Of a DNA stretch of 64,000 bases, positions 13,001-23,718 are shown one piece after another (within the stretch, counting starts at the first letter, position 1; the number at the start of each line of letters is the position of its first letter). The stretch lies in NCBI GenBank assembly GCA_002841825.1, contig PHAZ01000001.1, forward strand, positions 3,107 to 67,106, written 5' to 3'. The notes below the pieces were generated by a model, which did no database searches, had not been told where the DNA came from, and saw only the letters and a program-made list of their open reading frames with translations. The position numbers and the translations under genes were made by a program. This stretch comes from Deltaproteobacteria bacterium HGW-Deltaproteobacteria-22. GTDB taxonomy: Bacteria > Myxococcota_A > Polyangia > HGW-17.

Positions 13001-13723
13001 CTTCGAACCGGGGAGGTTCGCCGGTTGTCCCGGCAGTTCTGACTTCGAACCGGGCAGGTTGGTAGGTTGTCCCGGTAATTCTGACTTCGAAACGGGCAGG
13101 TTGGTTACCTGTGCTGGAAAGTCCCTTTTTACATCCGGCAAGTCCATGATTCCCGGCGAGAGATCGGTCTTCAGCCCTGGAAGAGCTGCATTGGATGAGC
13201 CTGCGACAGGAGCCTTGATAGAGATCCCGTCACGCAGCGCTGGCAGATCAACACCAGGTTCGCCATGCTGCATTTTCAGGGCTGGAAGATCGTGCTGCGG
13301 AGCAGGTTGCTTGTAGTCAGGCAGATCTGATTTCAAGCCCACCGGATTCATCTTCAGGGCTGGAAGTTCACTCTCTCCCATGGATTTGTGTCCCGGAAGA
13401 TCAACCGATGATGTCGAATCCGGCAATTTCTGTCCCCCCGAAAGAAGCGCTGAAAATTCCTGGACGGACGTGACAGGTATCCAGTTCTCACGATCGTCTG
13501 ATATAAACTCGCTGGCCTCCAGTTTTCCTGAAGATACAAGGGAGACCACCTTTGCTTTGGGAAAAGGACCGAAGACCTTTTCATTTTTTCTCTTCACATA
13601 AATCGTTTGCACGTCATCAAGGGTATAATGCGCCTCGTTCTCCTCGGGGGTGTGGTAGCAAAGCGGACATTGCTTTCCATTGTCGAGAAGGATTGCCTGG
13701 CATTTTGAACAGCGTTTTTTCAT
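10004..13723 (-). CDS. Membrane protein with Zn ribbon, GYF_2-like domain, repeat linker, TM segment and TPR repeats
   Basis: CxxC..CxxC N-terminus; VFGPF...GKL...W.PV (GYF_2-like); LPG repeats; TM LMLIPLVLLLALAAAY; C-terminal TPRs. Confidence 0.7.
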   Translation of the reverse strand: MKKRCSKCQAILLDNGKQCPLCYHTPEENEAHYTLDDVQTIYVKRKNEKVFGPFPKAKVVSLVSSGKLEASEFISDDRENWIPVTSVQEFSALLSGGQKLPDSTSSVDLPGHKSMGESELPALKMNPVGLKSDLPDYKQPAPQHDLPALKMQHGEPGVDLPALRDGISIKAPVAGSSNAALPGLKTDLSPGIMDLPDVKRDFPAQVTNLPVSKSELPGQPTNLPGSKSELPGQPANLPGSKSELPGQPANLPGSKSELPGQPANLPGSTGSMPGDRRDLSLSLSDALSRSAAEDEDQDKNREFSLPPLGGGLVPEIRMDLNPGGMKPLEINGDSHGTVGSKKLEMPPSLFESSDHLDLSILNQKGSAEKSRSGLDLDHHVDHDPGAVAASQSVSDEETIPLTLDDEPMTDRRPDRPSQKRSDSGNRRVLMLIPLVLLLALAAAYQFRIGPFSGKSGSTKERHTMPTSPKPTAAVISEHEKNILNLDYPKLLASSRGDAMIHCESALILAWFYHEFEPLESCKKFLQTPINSTGDNETRRFQFFRALLLTQNPRQTQMERFFTGTMTDPVKVMEEILSASRSQNNRAPVWNFLGGVLQMVKKAPKKAREAFQLVNNTETTPSFGVTWFLARLGDESAISALSEKPENAIWNSLLKGFQYDEKNQDSFTFLAFPGEFPRIPVPEPAVLEKIGRRFRAINFAFSSLAAWEGGQLDAANSLCDKAIAEDEQDRTVWRLCSRMRLFHGQLGKFSTTVNLNQEAPTILAWIIEGRKNPALSAWEDLKKQDPAGSLVLAPLILMLSGAETEDVQAAIQAGLTADLPRTLEYLWTGVWQRPDLAGQVETAVLAWVADKKDETQLVKDFLGILTLVQALQAQDWKKMIQAGESLKIKGSTMLEIDGLVMMARMMDSKDNQAVIWADSQLQRVSPGARSAAALVAILGLAGKVQEAHQILDKYQEIFREPLFYKVAAQLYLSGTRKDRLMRSRFFAEKAIKANPQDAEALFLIGFIQLESGQPESGEKTIVQAVQAMNQPVHGWFMRWSELESRLKRPHMALAAMDAGLRKSPDYGPFLFKKAQILATQNNPKEALNLLEKTKDSGIEEVQRYILEGRCHVSLRQKREAETSFAKAVKANNKNILARYLLGKTLLANGTLRPAIPHLQFVAEELEKVLQDQIIPEEAAHWQTETVESMLAETCRLLGGAYKETGNRQMAIKYVKKYATLVPDGPMKDEALRLLLLLGGE
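12920..13105. repeat. 42-bp coding tandem repeat (LPGQPANLPGSKSE), about 4 copies
   Basis: Repeated GACTTCGAACCGGGGAGGTTCGCCGGTTGTCCCGGCAG-like units. Confidence 0.85.
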
Positions 13724-13776
13724 GGATACTCCTCAGACGGAAAAAATCGTAAAATTGTAAACCTGCGGACGCTCCC

Positions 13777-13910
13777 TGTCGACAAAAAAACTGTGGTAGC
13801 AACTCCCAACATAGGCTGAAGTGAAAATTGTCTACAAAATCATCGTGTCACAAGGACCCTGTCGATAAAAGTAGCCTGAAGAATAGGCAAAATCGAACCC
13901 CTGTAGACAC
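13777..13910. promoter_or_regulatory. Cluster of DnaA-box-like 9-mers upstream of dnaN (candidate oriC or DnaA-regulated promoter)
   Basis: TGTCGACAA 13777, TTGTCTACA 13828, TGTCGATAA 13860, TGTAGACAC 13902, compared with canonical TGTGGATAA. Confidence 0.45.
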
Positions 13911-14013
13911 ATGAGACCACGTGATCTTCTGTTTTGTCTTTCAAAGTTTAGGTAAAAGTCCGATTGATTTCCGAAAGGAAAAGGGATACTTTTTCCATCC
14001 GTGAGGGGTGCAA

Positions 14014-15126
14014 ATGAAAATCACGTTGAACAAATCCACTTTTCTGAACGGACTGTTCCTTGCCCAGAAAATTTCGGAAGGAAACGCCAGCATTCAGCCA
14101 ATCCTTTCAAACATTCAGATCACGGCCAATCCTGATGGAAAAATCTTCTGCAGGGCGACGGATATGAGCACATCCGTCACCAGCGAATTTCAGGCCGAAG
14201 TTTTTCAGCAAGGCACTGCTACTGTCAATGGCAAACTGCTGTATCAACTGGTGTCAAACCTTGCAGGCAAGGAAGTCACGCTTGAGAAGAAAGAAAATGC
14301 CATTTTTCTTACCAGTCACAAGAGTCGCTTCGAGCTCAACGGGCTACGCGATGAAGACTTCCCCAACTTCAATTTTTATGAGGATTCAGCCTATGTAGGT
14401 TTTGAATCAGAGATCCTTCGTGAATTGCTGGATCACACACTGTTCGCCGTAGCAACCGACGAGACAAAGCCGCACCTTGGCGGTATTTACCTTGTCACGG
14501 AAAAGAACATTGCCAAATCAGTGGCCACGGATGGACACAAGCTTGCCCTCGCAGAGTATCCGTTTGAAGGGAAATTCAACATTCCCAACGGCATCATCAT
14601 TCCGAGGAAGGGAGTCAACGACATCATGAAAATGCTGTCTGATGATTCCGCCAACGTAGGCCTTTTCTATGACAAGGAATTGAAAATTCTTGGGCTGAAA
14701 ACGGATAGCACCAAGATGAACATCAAGTTGATTGATTCCAAATTTCCTCCCTATGAACAGGTTATTCCACAGTACCAGGACAATAAATTGGTCATTCCGA
14801 AGGAGGAGTTTCTTGGTGCATTAAAGAGAATTAACTTGCTTTTTGAAGGAAGTGATGCTGGTGTAATATTAAAAATACAAAAGGACGGCATCGTTTTGAC
14901 GGGAATTGATACCCTGAAGGGCAAGGGAACTGAAGAAATAGAAGTTGATTATACAGGCGAGAAAATGCAAATTGCCTTTAATATCAAATTCTTTGACACC
15001 ATCGTCAACAAAATTCAAGGCAAAGAATTCAGCATTTTCCTTCATAATCCAAAGAGCCCTGCGCTGATCAAACCTATCGAAACCAGCAATTTCATTGCCG
15101 TTTTGATGCCCATCCGTCTCGACTGA
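14014..15126 (+). CDS. dnaN: DNA polymerase III beta clamp
   Basis: ~370 aa; PILSNI, ATD, VATDGHKLA, IIPRKG, KLIDSKFPPYEQVIP, IAFN, LMPIR. Confidence 0.95.
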   Translation: MKITLNKSTFLNGLFLAQKISEGNASIQPILSNIQITANPDGKIFCRATDMSTSVTSEFQAEVFQQGTATVNGKLLYQLVSNLAGKEVTLEKKENAIFLTSHKSRFELNGLRDEDFPNFNFYEDSAYVGFESEILRELLDHTLFAVATDETKPHLGGIYLVTEKNIAKSVATDGHKLALAEYPFEGKFNIPNGIIIPRKGVNDIMKMLSDDSANVGLFYDKELKILGLKTDSTKMNIKLIDSKFPPYEQVIPQYQDNKLVIPKEEFLGALKRINLLFEGSDAGVILKIQKDGIVLTGIDTLKGKGTEEIEVDYTGEKMQIAFNIKFFDTIVNKIQGKEFSIFLHNPKSPALIKPIETSNFIAVLMPIRLD

Positions 15127-15133
15127 TTCCAGA

Positions 15134-16171
15134 ATGGTCCTGGAAAAAATTCATCTTCAGAACTTCCGAAATTTCCACGAAGAGACCATAGTACTTCCGG
15201 CGCAACGTGTTCTTCGCATTTTTGGACAAAATGGGGCGGGAAAAACCAATCTGTTGGAAGCCATCTTCATTTTGTATACAACTCGAAGTTTTCGTAACAG
15301 GAAAACATTGAAGGACTGTATCCAATACGGCGAGAAGTTCTTTCATATTGCAGCTGAAATCCAGGGAATACGGCATGGTATTACCTTCTCCGGTGAGCAG
15401 ATGGAAAAGAGCATTTTCATGGCTCAGCAGAAGGTCAAGGCAGTTGACTTCATCCAAGACAAAAGCATTCTTCATTTTTCACCGGAAGAAAGCCATCAAT
15501 TTTTTCTGAGTCAGGAATATCGAAGAACGCTTCTCGATCGCTATATTTCTGCCCTGGATGCCAATCATTTGGGGAATTTGCTGAAATATAATCATTTTCG
15601 CAGCAAAAAAGTGCAAATTCTCTTCTCCAATACGGCCCAAAAAGGTAGCCTTTTGGCCCTCGAAACCCCACTTTTTCTACACTTGAGTGACATCATTTCA
15701 TCGACGAGAAATGCATTTCTGGATGCGCTGAATCCCTTCTTTCATCATTTCATTCAGATTTTCAATCCAAAGTTGGGTCAATCAACCCTCCTCTATCGAA
15801 AAAAGAAAATTCCTGATGATTTCGTTGAAAAGGAGATACTCGCCCAAAGGGTGCTCTATGGATGTCATCGGGATGAAATGGATATTCTTGAAAGAGGAAA
15901 AGAGATCCGGCAATTTTTCAGTAATGGTGAAAAGAAGGCCATCAATCTGGCTTTCCATTTTGCCTTCATGGAATATCTCAAGGAAAAGTCGACGCAAGAT
16001 TGTCTCGTTTGTCTTGACGATATTGAATCTGAGCTGGATCAGAATACCTTGAAAAATATCTATGGAATGATTGAGAAGACTTCTTCACAGTTTATTATTA
16101 CCAGCAAATCGAATGAACGATCTGGAAAAACTGATATTGAATTGCTTGAAGGAAAATTTCAACACGCATAG
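15134..16171 (+). CDS. recF: DNA replication and repair protein RecF
   Basis: LQNFRN, GQNGAGKTNLLEAI, RSFR, GCHRDE, SNGEKK, LDDIESELD; follows dnaN. Confidence 0.9.
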   Translation: MVLEKIHLQNFRNFHEETIVLPAQRVLRIFGQNGAGKTNLLEAIFILYTTRSFRNRKTLKDCIQYGEKFFHIAAEIQGIRHGITFSGEQMEKSIFMAQQKVKAVDFIQDKSILHFSPEESHQFFLSQEYRRTLLDRYISALDANHLGNLLKYNHFRSKKVQILFSNTAQKGSLLALETPLFLHLSDIISSTRNAFLDALNPFFHHFIQIFNPKLGQSTLLYRKKKIPDDFVEKEILAQRVLYGCHRDEMDILERGKEIRQFFSNGEKKAINLAFHFAFMEYLKEKSTQDCLVCLDDIESELDQNTLKNIYGMIEKTSSQFIITSKSNERSGKTDIELLEGKFQHA

Positions 16172-16208
16172 ATTTATTTTTAAATCAGGAAAATCATAAG
16201 AGGCGGGA

Positions 16209-16766
16209 TTACTTGGAAGGAGTAGGAAGCACTTTCACTGGTGTATCTGTCTTATCAGGGTGAAAATCCAGAATCAGCAGATAGTAATTTTGAAAAGTCA
16301 TATGAGTAATCTCGGGTTTTGGCGTGTTATTGCCATTCTTGTAGAGAAAATCAATGATCAGTTTCGTTCCTTTATCATCTCGGAAGAATGACACCTTTTC
16401 GATAGGAGTTTGAAAGAAGCGCGTGATCAGATCTCGCCAGGCATGTTTTTGCCAAGCCGAACAGGCAGGCGCAAGAAGGCGGAGGATTTTTGTATTCCCT
16501 TCGGAAAGATCCTGGCTCTGCAGTTGAAATGGAGAAGAGAATAGAAAGAAGAAGCGTGATCCACCAGGTGATGGCTTTAGTTGAAATCCTGGCCAAAGCA
16601 ATACGCATTTTCCGCCTGCAGGAGGGATTTCTTTGGGAAGTTCAGGTTTGGGTGGAGCTACCCCTGCATATTTCAACACGGGAACATTCTGGGGCTTGGG
16701 TTGAGTAACCACAGGATTGGCACCAAAGAGGAAAACACCCGAAAAGAGAAGAATTGGAATGAACAT
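16209..16766 (-). CDS. Hypothetical secreted protein
   Basis: 185-aa ORF with a hydrophobic N-terminal signal and Pro-rich linker. Confidence 0.55.
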   Translation of the reverse strand: MFIPILLFSGVFLFGANPVVTQPKPQNVPVLKYAGVAPPKPELPKEIPPAGGKCVLLWPGFQLKPSPGGSRFFFLFSSPFQLQSQDLSEGNTKILRLLAPACSAWQKHAWRDLITRFFQTPIEKVSFFRDDKGTKLIIDFLYKNGNNTPKPEITHMTFQNYYLLILDFHPDKTDTPVKVLPTPSK

Positions 16767-16893
16767 ATGGATATGACCTCATTCAGGTCTGGACACCTGA
16801 TGAATGCTAGAGTTGAAACAGAAGATAACCCGGTCAACCACAGTTGACAAATTTGCAGCAAAAACACCAGAAGCCACGGACTCGGAACTTGTA

Positions 16894-16909
16894 TGTTTCA
16901 CGTGAAACA
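16894..16909. promoter_or_regulatory. parS: parS centromere-like site
   Basis: Perfect palindrome TGTTTCACGTGAAACA (18 bp with flanks) matching the widespread parS consensus; intergenic. Confidence 0.9.
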
Positions 16910-16917
16910 TGTAGGGA

Positions 16918-18504
16918 TTATACCTGTCTTTCTGAGGGGGAAAGATGGATCACTTGATCACAAATAGAAAGAAATGCATCGCTGTGTGAAAATAGAACAA
17001 CAATGGCATTGGACTGCTTGAGTTGAAGAATTCTATCCTTGAGAACCTTCTGCATGTCAACGTCGAGAGCGTTCTCAGGTTCATCAATGAGGAGAACCTG
17101 TTGTCCGGAACGAAAGGCTCGCTCAAGGCTGATGCTTTTGCGCTGTCCAGAAGAGAGCGTTTCCGGTGAAAGGTATGGTGCTTGAGGTGAACCATGGAGG
17201 AAGGACAGGAAAGGGGAAGCGTCCTTTGTGGCAGAGAAAGAAGGTGATTTATCGAGAAAAAGATTTTCTTCCAGTTGGAGGGTAAATACGGTGCCGTTCT
17301 GATCAACCAGGGCCACAGGCCCGATGGGTCCCGAAACCCCGTCATAAAGGATCTGCCCGGATGAGGGTTTCAGGACACCGGCAAGTAAAAGAGCGAGGGT
17401 CGTTTTTCCGGAACCATTGGAGCCGCGCACACCGCTGATGGAGCCGGCGCCGAAACTTTGATTGATATGATCTAAAAGGATTTTTCCGTTATCCTGATAG
17501 GAAAAAGACAGATCCTTGAGGACAATGGAATGAATGAATGCAGGTGCCTTTGCAGTTTCGGAAGCGGGGAGATCCAGCAGGATCAATTCAATGTGCTTCA
17601 TATCCCGAACGCTGAGAAAGAGAGAAATATCCTGGGAAAGTCCACTCAGGGGTGCATGGAGAAGGGATAACCCGGCAAGGAAGGAGAAAAACTTGCCCTG
17701 GGATAACGTTCCTTCCTGTACCATGGTGGTTCCGGCGGTATAGACAACTACCAGCGTGATAAGGAACAGCAGGATCTGCGCCGGATGAAAGATCATACGA
17801 AGGCGCGAAAGACGAATGGAACTGGCGGTATAGCGTCCAAGAAGTCGATCGTGAATGGATGAAAAGAACGATCCACGGTGAAAGGCTCGGATCAGAGGCA
17901 TCGCACGGGCGGCTTCAAGTTCGAAATTCGAGCAGGAAGATTGTTCCAGGATGGCCTGCTCCTGGAGGCGGTTGATGTGCCGTCCAAAGAGATATCCAAG
18001 CAGGAAGACAGAGAGAAAGAGGATTCCACAAAAAAGAAACAGGATCGGGGAAATCCATAACAAGGCGATGGAGAAGGCCCCGATCTGCAGGATTTTTCTC
18101 AAGGTGCTGCGCAGCATCGAGAAGATGGATTCACCTAGCCAGTGAACCTCCATGTGCACTTCGTTCCAGTCAATCTGGCTGTTGGCCTGGGATTTTTCAG
18201 AGAAAATAAGAAAGTCCTGGAGGCACTTTCTACGGGTGGACTGCATCCACCGCTGACTGATGCCGGTCAGAATCCAGTCGTCGAAGACGGAAAACAGGTG
18301 ATGGATCGAGAACAACAGGATCAGAAACACGGGGACGTGATCGAGGCGGAAACGGGAGGTCAGAAAAATCAGTCCGAAGCCCAGGCCTGTATGCAGCGAG
18401 ATCAAAAAAAGGGAAACGAGCAGTTGAGAACGATAAGGTCCCAGGGATTGCAAAATGAGGGAAAAGGTGTGGGTCAACGGCATGGAGGCGGTACCATCAT
18501 TCAA
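16918..18504 (-). CDS. ABC exporter, fused TM domain and ATPase
   Basis: Multiple TM helices, Walker A GSNGSGKTT, signature LSSGQ, Walker B LLIDE, H-loop. Confidence 0.85.
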   Translation of the reverse strand: MNDGTASMPLTHTFSLILQSLGPYRSQLLVSLFLISLHTGLGFGLIFLTSRFRLDHVPVFLILLFSIHHLFSVFDDWILTGISQRWMQSTRRKCLQDFLIFSEKSQANSQIDWNEVHMEVHWLGESIFSMLRSTLRKILQIGAFSIALLWISPILFLFCGILFLSVFLLGYLFGRHINRLQEQAILEQSSCSNFELEAARAMPLIRAFHRGSFFSSIHDRLLGRYTASSIRLSRLRMIFHPAQILLFLITLVVVYTAGTTMVQEGTLSQGKFFSFLAGLSLLHAPLSGLSQDISLFLSVRDMKHIELILLDLPASETAKAPAFIHSIVLKDLSFSYQDNGKILLDHINQSFGAGSISGVRGSNGSGKTTLALLLAGVLKPSSGQILYDGVSGPIGPVALVDQNGTVFTLQLEENLFLDKSPSFSATKDASPFLSFLHGSPQAPYLSPETLSSGQRKSISLERAFRSGQQVLLIDEPENALDVDMQKVLKDRILQLKQSNAIVVLFSHSDAFLSICDQVIHLSPSERQV

Positions 18505-20314
18505 CGGTGACGGACTTGGCGAGATTGCGCGGCTGATCCACGTCGGTGCCCTTGAAGTCGGCGATATGATAGGCCAGAAGTTGAAGAGGTAGAATGCATA
18601 GAATGGGCTGAATCATCTCGTGAATCTGGGAAGGAATCAGCGCAAGATCGTTGACCATGGTGCCGATGTGATGATCCGAGGAGCTGGCGACGGCCAAAAC
18701 CTTGGCATTGCGGGAGAGCACCTCCTCGAGGTTGCTCATGATCTTCTCGTACTGTGCATTCTGAACCGCAAGGACCACGGTGGGGAGATCCTCGTCGATG
18801 AGCGCGATGGGACCGTGTTTCATCTCCCCGGCGGGATAGCCTTCTGCGTGGATGTAACTGATTTCCTTGAGTTTTAATGCGCCTTCGAGGGCGATCGGGT
18901 ACAGGTTTCCGCGACCCAGATAGAGAAAATGCGTGGCGTGGGCGTACCGACGGGCCATCACCTGGATCTGCGGCGCCTGATTGAGGATGTGGTGCATCTG
19001 ACTGGGGCAATCAAAGAGCGCGTCAATCCATTCGGAGACCACTTCGGTGAGCCCTTTCCGTTGGGCGAAATACAGGGAGAGAATGGAAAGCGCGACCAGT
19101 TGCGTGGTGAAGGCCTTGGTAGAGGCGACGCCGATCTCAGGACCCGCGATGGTCTCGATGGTGGCATCGGAGACCTGCTGGATCTGGGAATGAACGGAGT
19201 TGGTGATCGCGAGGATCCGGGCCCCCTTGTGTTTGGCGATGGAGATGGCAGCGAGCGTGTCGGCGGTCTCGCCGGACTGGGAAATGGCGATGACCAGATG
19301 CCTGGAATCGACCAGAGGATCCCGGTAACGGAACTCGGAGGCGACCTCGACCTCGACAGGGATCCGGGCGGCCTGTTCCAGGTAAAATTTCCCGATCAGC
19401 CCGGCATAATAACTGGTGCCGCAGGCCACGATGAAGATTTTTTCAGGGATCGGGAAGTCCGACGGGATCCCGGGGATGTTGACCGTGTAGTCGTCGTGGT
19501 GGAGGTACGCCGTGATGGTGTTGTAGACGGCGCGCGGCTGCTCGAAGATCTCCTTGAGCATGTAATGCTTGTAGCCTTCCTTTTCGGCCATCATCGGATT
19601 GTAGGCGAAGGTCTTGAAGGAGCGCGTAACAACTTGAAGGTCGCTGGAATAGAGTTTGAGTTCGTCACAGGTGATCTCGGCCAGTTCGTGATCCTGGAGC
19701 GGCAGGATCTTCTGGGTGAATGGCAGCAGAGCCGGGACATCGGAGGCGACCAGATGGAAGCGATGGCCCACGCCGATGAACAACGGGCTGCCCTTGCGTG
19801 CGAGCCAGATCTGCTTTTCATATCCCTGGATCAGGATCGCCAGGGCCCACGTACCCTTGCATTGGGAAAGGGCTTTGGAAACGGCTTCCAGAGGTGCGAG
19901 CCCGGACTTGAGCGCGCCCGAGATCAGGTGGCTGACCACTTCTGTATCAGTCTGGCTTGTAAAAATATGCCCTTGTGCGGTCAACTTACCCTTCAGTTCG
20001 GCATAGTTCTCGATGATGCCGTTGTGGATGACGGCGACCCCCTCGTAGAAGTGCGGATGGGAGTTGGTCCTGGATGGTTTGCCGTGGGTGGCCCACCGCG
20101 TATGACCGATGCCGGTGGTGCTCGACGCCGGTGTGGTCTTCAGCAGCTCGGCCAGGCGGGAGAGTTTGCCGACCTCCTTGACGATGGAGATCTTCTGGTT
20201 CTCGAAGAACGCGATTCCGGAACTGTCATAGCCCCGGTATTCCAGTTTCTGAAGACCCTCCATGAGCATGGGGATGACATTGTCGATTCCTGTTGCCGCA
20301 ACGATTCCACACAT
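18497..20314 (-). CDS. glmS: Glutamine-fructose-6-phosphate aminotransferase
   Basis: [52 protein letters not shown]. Confidence 0.98.
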   Translation of the reverse strand: MCGIVAATGIDNVIPMLMEGLQKLEYRGYDSSGIAFFENQKISIVKEVGKLSRLAELLKTTPASSTTGIGHTRWATHGKPSRTNSHPHFYEGVAVIHNGIIENYAELKGKLTAQGHIFTSQTDTEVVSHLISGALKSGLAPLEAVSKALSQCKGTWALAILIQGYEKQIWLARKGSPLFIGVGHRFHLVASDVPALLPFTQKILPLQDHELAEITCDELKLYSSDLQVVTRSFKTFAYNPMMAEKEGYKHYMLKEIFEQPRAVYNTITAYLHHDDYTVNIPGIPSDFPIPEKIFIVACGTSYYAGLIGKFYLEQAARIPVEVEVASEFRYRDPLVDSRHLVIAISQSGETADTLAAISIAKHKGARILAITNSVHSQIQQVSDATIETIAGPEIGVASTKAFTTQLVALSILSLYFAQRKGLTEVVSEWIDALFDCPSQMHHILNQAPQIQVMARRYAHATHFLYLGRGNLYPIALEGALKLKEISYIHAEGYPAGEMKHGPIALIDEDLPTVVLAVQNAQYEKIMSNLEEVLSRNAKVLAVASSSDHHIGTMVNDLALIPSQIHEMIQPILCILPLQLLAYHIADFKGTDVDQPRNLAKSVTVE

Positions 20315-20389
20315 GGTTCACTCCCGGCCTTTTCCGGCCTGGGTGATCCTATCCGCACAGGGATGTGCCTGTCAATTTTCAGCGTAAAA

Positions 20390-21187
20390 TCAAGTGTTTC
20401 CGAACTTCCGGTGCCGCACAGGGTTCTCGAGGGTGCCGATGCCGGTGATGGTGATCTTCACGGTGTCACCGTGTGTGATCGGGCCGACACCGGAGGGAGT
20501 GCCGGTGGTGAGGATGTCAAAGGGCTGCAGGGTCATGATCGACGACACGTAGGCGATCAACTCGGGAATCGAGAAGATCATGTCGTTACAGGGGCTGCTC
20601 TGCTTCAGCGTATGGTTGACGCGCGTCTCGATGGTGCAGGTGAGCGGATCCAGGTCGGTGACCATGCAGGGCCCGATGGGGGCGAAGGTGTCGAAGCCCT
20701 TGGCGTGGGTGTATTTGCCCTCACGGCGCTGGATGTCGCGCGCGGTGACGTCGTTGAGGATGGTGTAGCCGAGGATGTGGCGGGGCGCATCTTCGACGCT
20801 CACTTCGTGGGCGCTCTTGCCGATGATGACGGCCAGCTCCCCCTCGTAGTGGACCTCCTCGCTCTGGGTCGGAAGGACGATGGGCTCCAGGTGCGCGATG
20901 ACCGCGGAGGCGGGCTTCATGAAGATCAGGGGCTCGGCGGGAAGCGCCTTGTTGGATTCCTCGGCGTGGGCGCGGTAATTCAAACCGATGGCCACGATCT
21001 TGCCCACGGGAACCGGCGGAAGAATCCTTCCATCGTTCGATGAAATCTTTTCAATCAGGCTCTTGGCCTGCAATCCCCTGCCCTGCAGCAGAAGGTCCAG
21101 AGACTGAGAGAGAGAGACGATGTTATCTTCTGCGTCGATCTGGACGTAATAATGGATGCCACCGAGATGTCTTCGCTGGATTTTCAC
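20390..21187 (-). CDS. Fumarylacetoacetate hydrolase family protein
   Basis: GTG start after GGAGGT; IGLNYRAH, HYEGELAVIIGK, NDVTARD, KGFDTFAPIGP, TGTPSGVG. Confidence 0.9.
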   Translation of the reverse strand: MKIQRRHLGGIHYYVQIDAEDNIVSLSQSLDLLLQGRGLQAKSLIEKISSNDGRILPPVPVGKIVAIGLNYRAHAEESNKALPAEPLIFMKPASAVIAHLEPIVLPTQSEEVHYEGELAVIIGKSAHEVSVEDAPRHILGYTILNDVTARDIQRREGKYTHAKGFDTFAPIGPCMVTDLDPLTCTIETRVNHTLKQSSPCNDMIFSIPELIAYVSSIMTLQPFDILTTGTPSGVGPITHGDTVKITITGIGTLENPVRHRKFGNT

Positions 21188-21212
21188 GATGCTACCTCCA
21201 TGCTGTGCGGGT

Positions 21213-23705
<2,493 letters not shown>

Positions 23706-23718
<13 letters not shown>

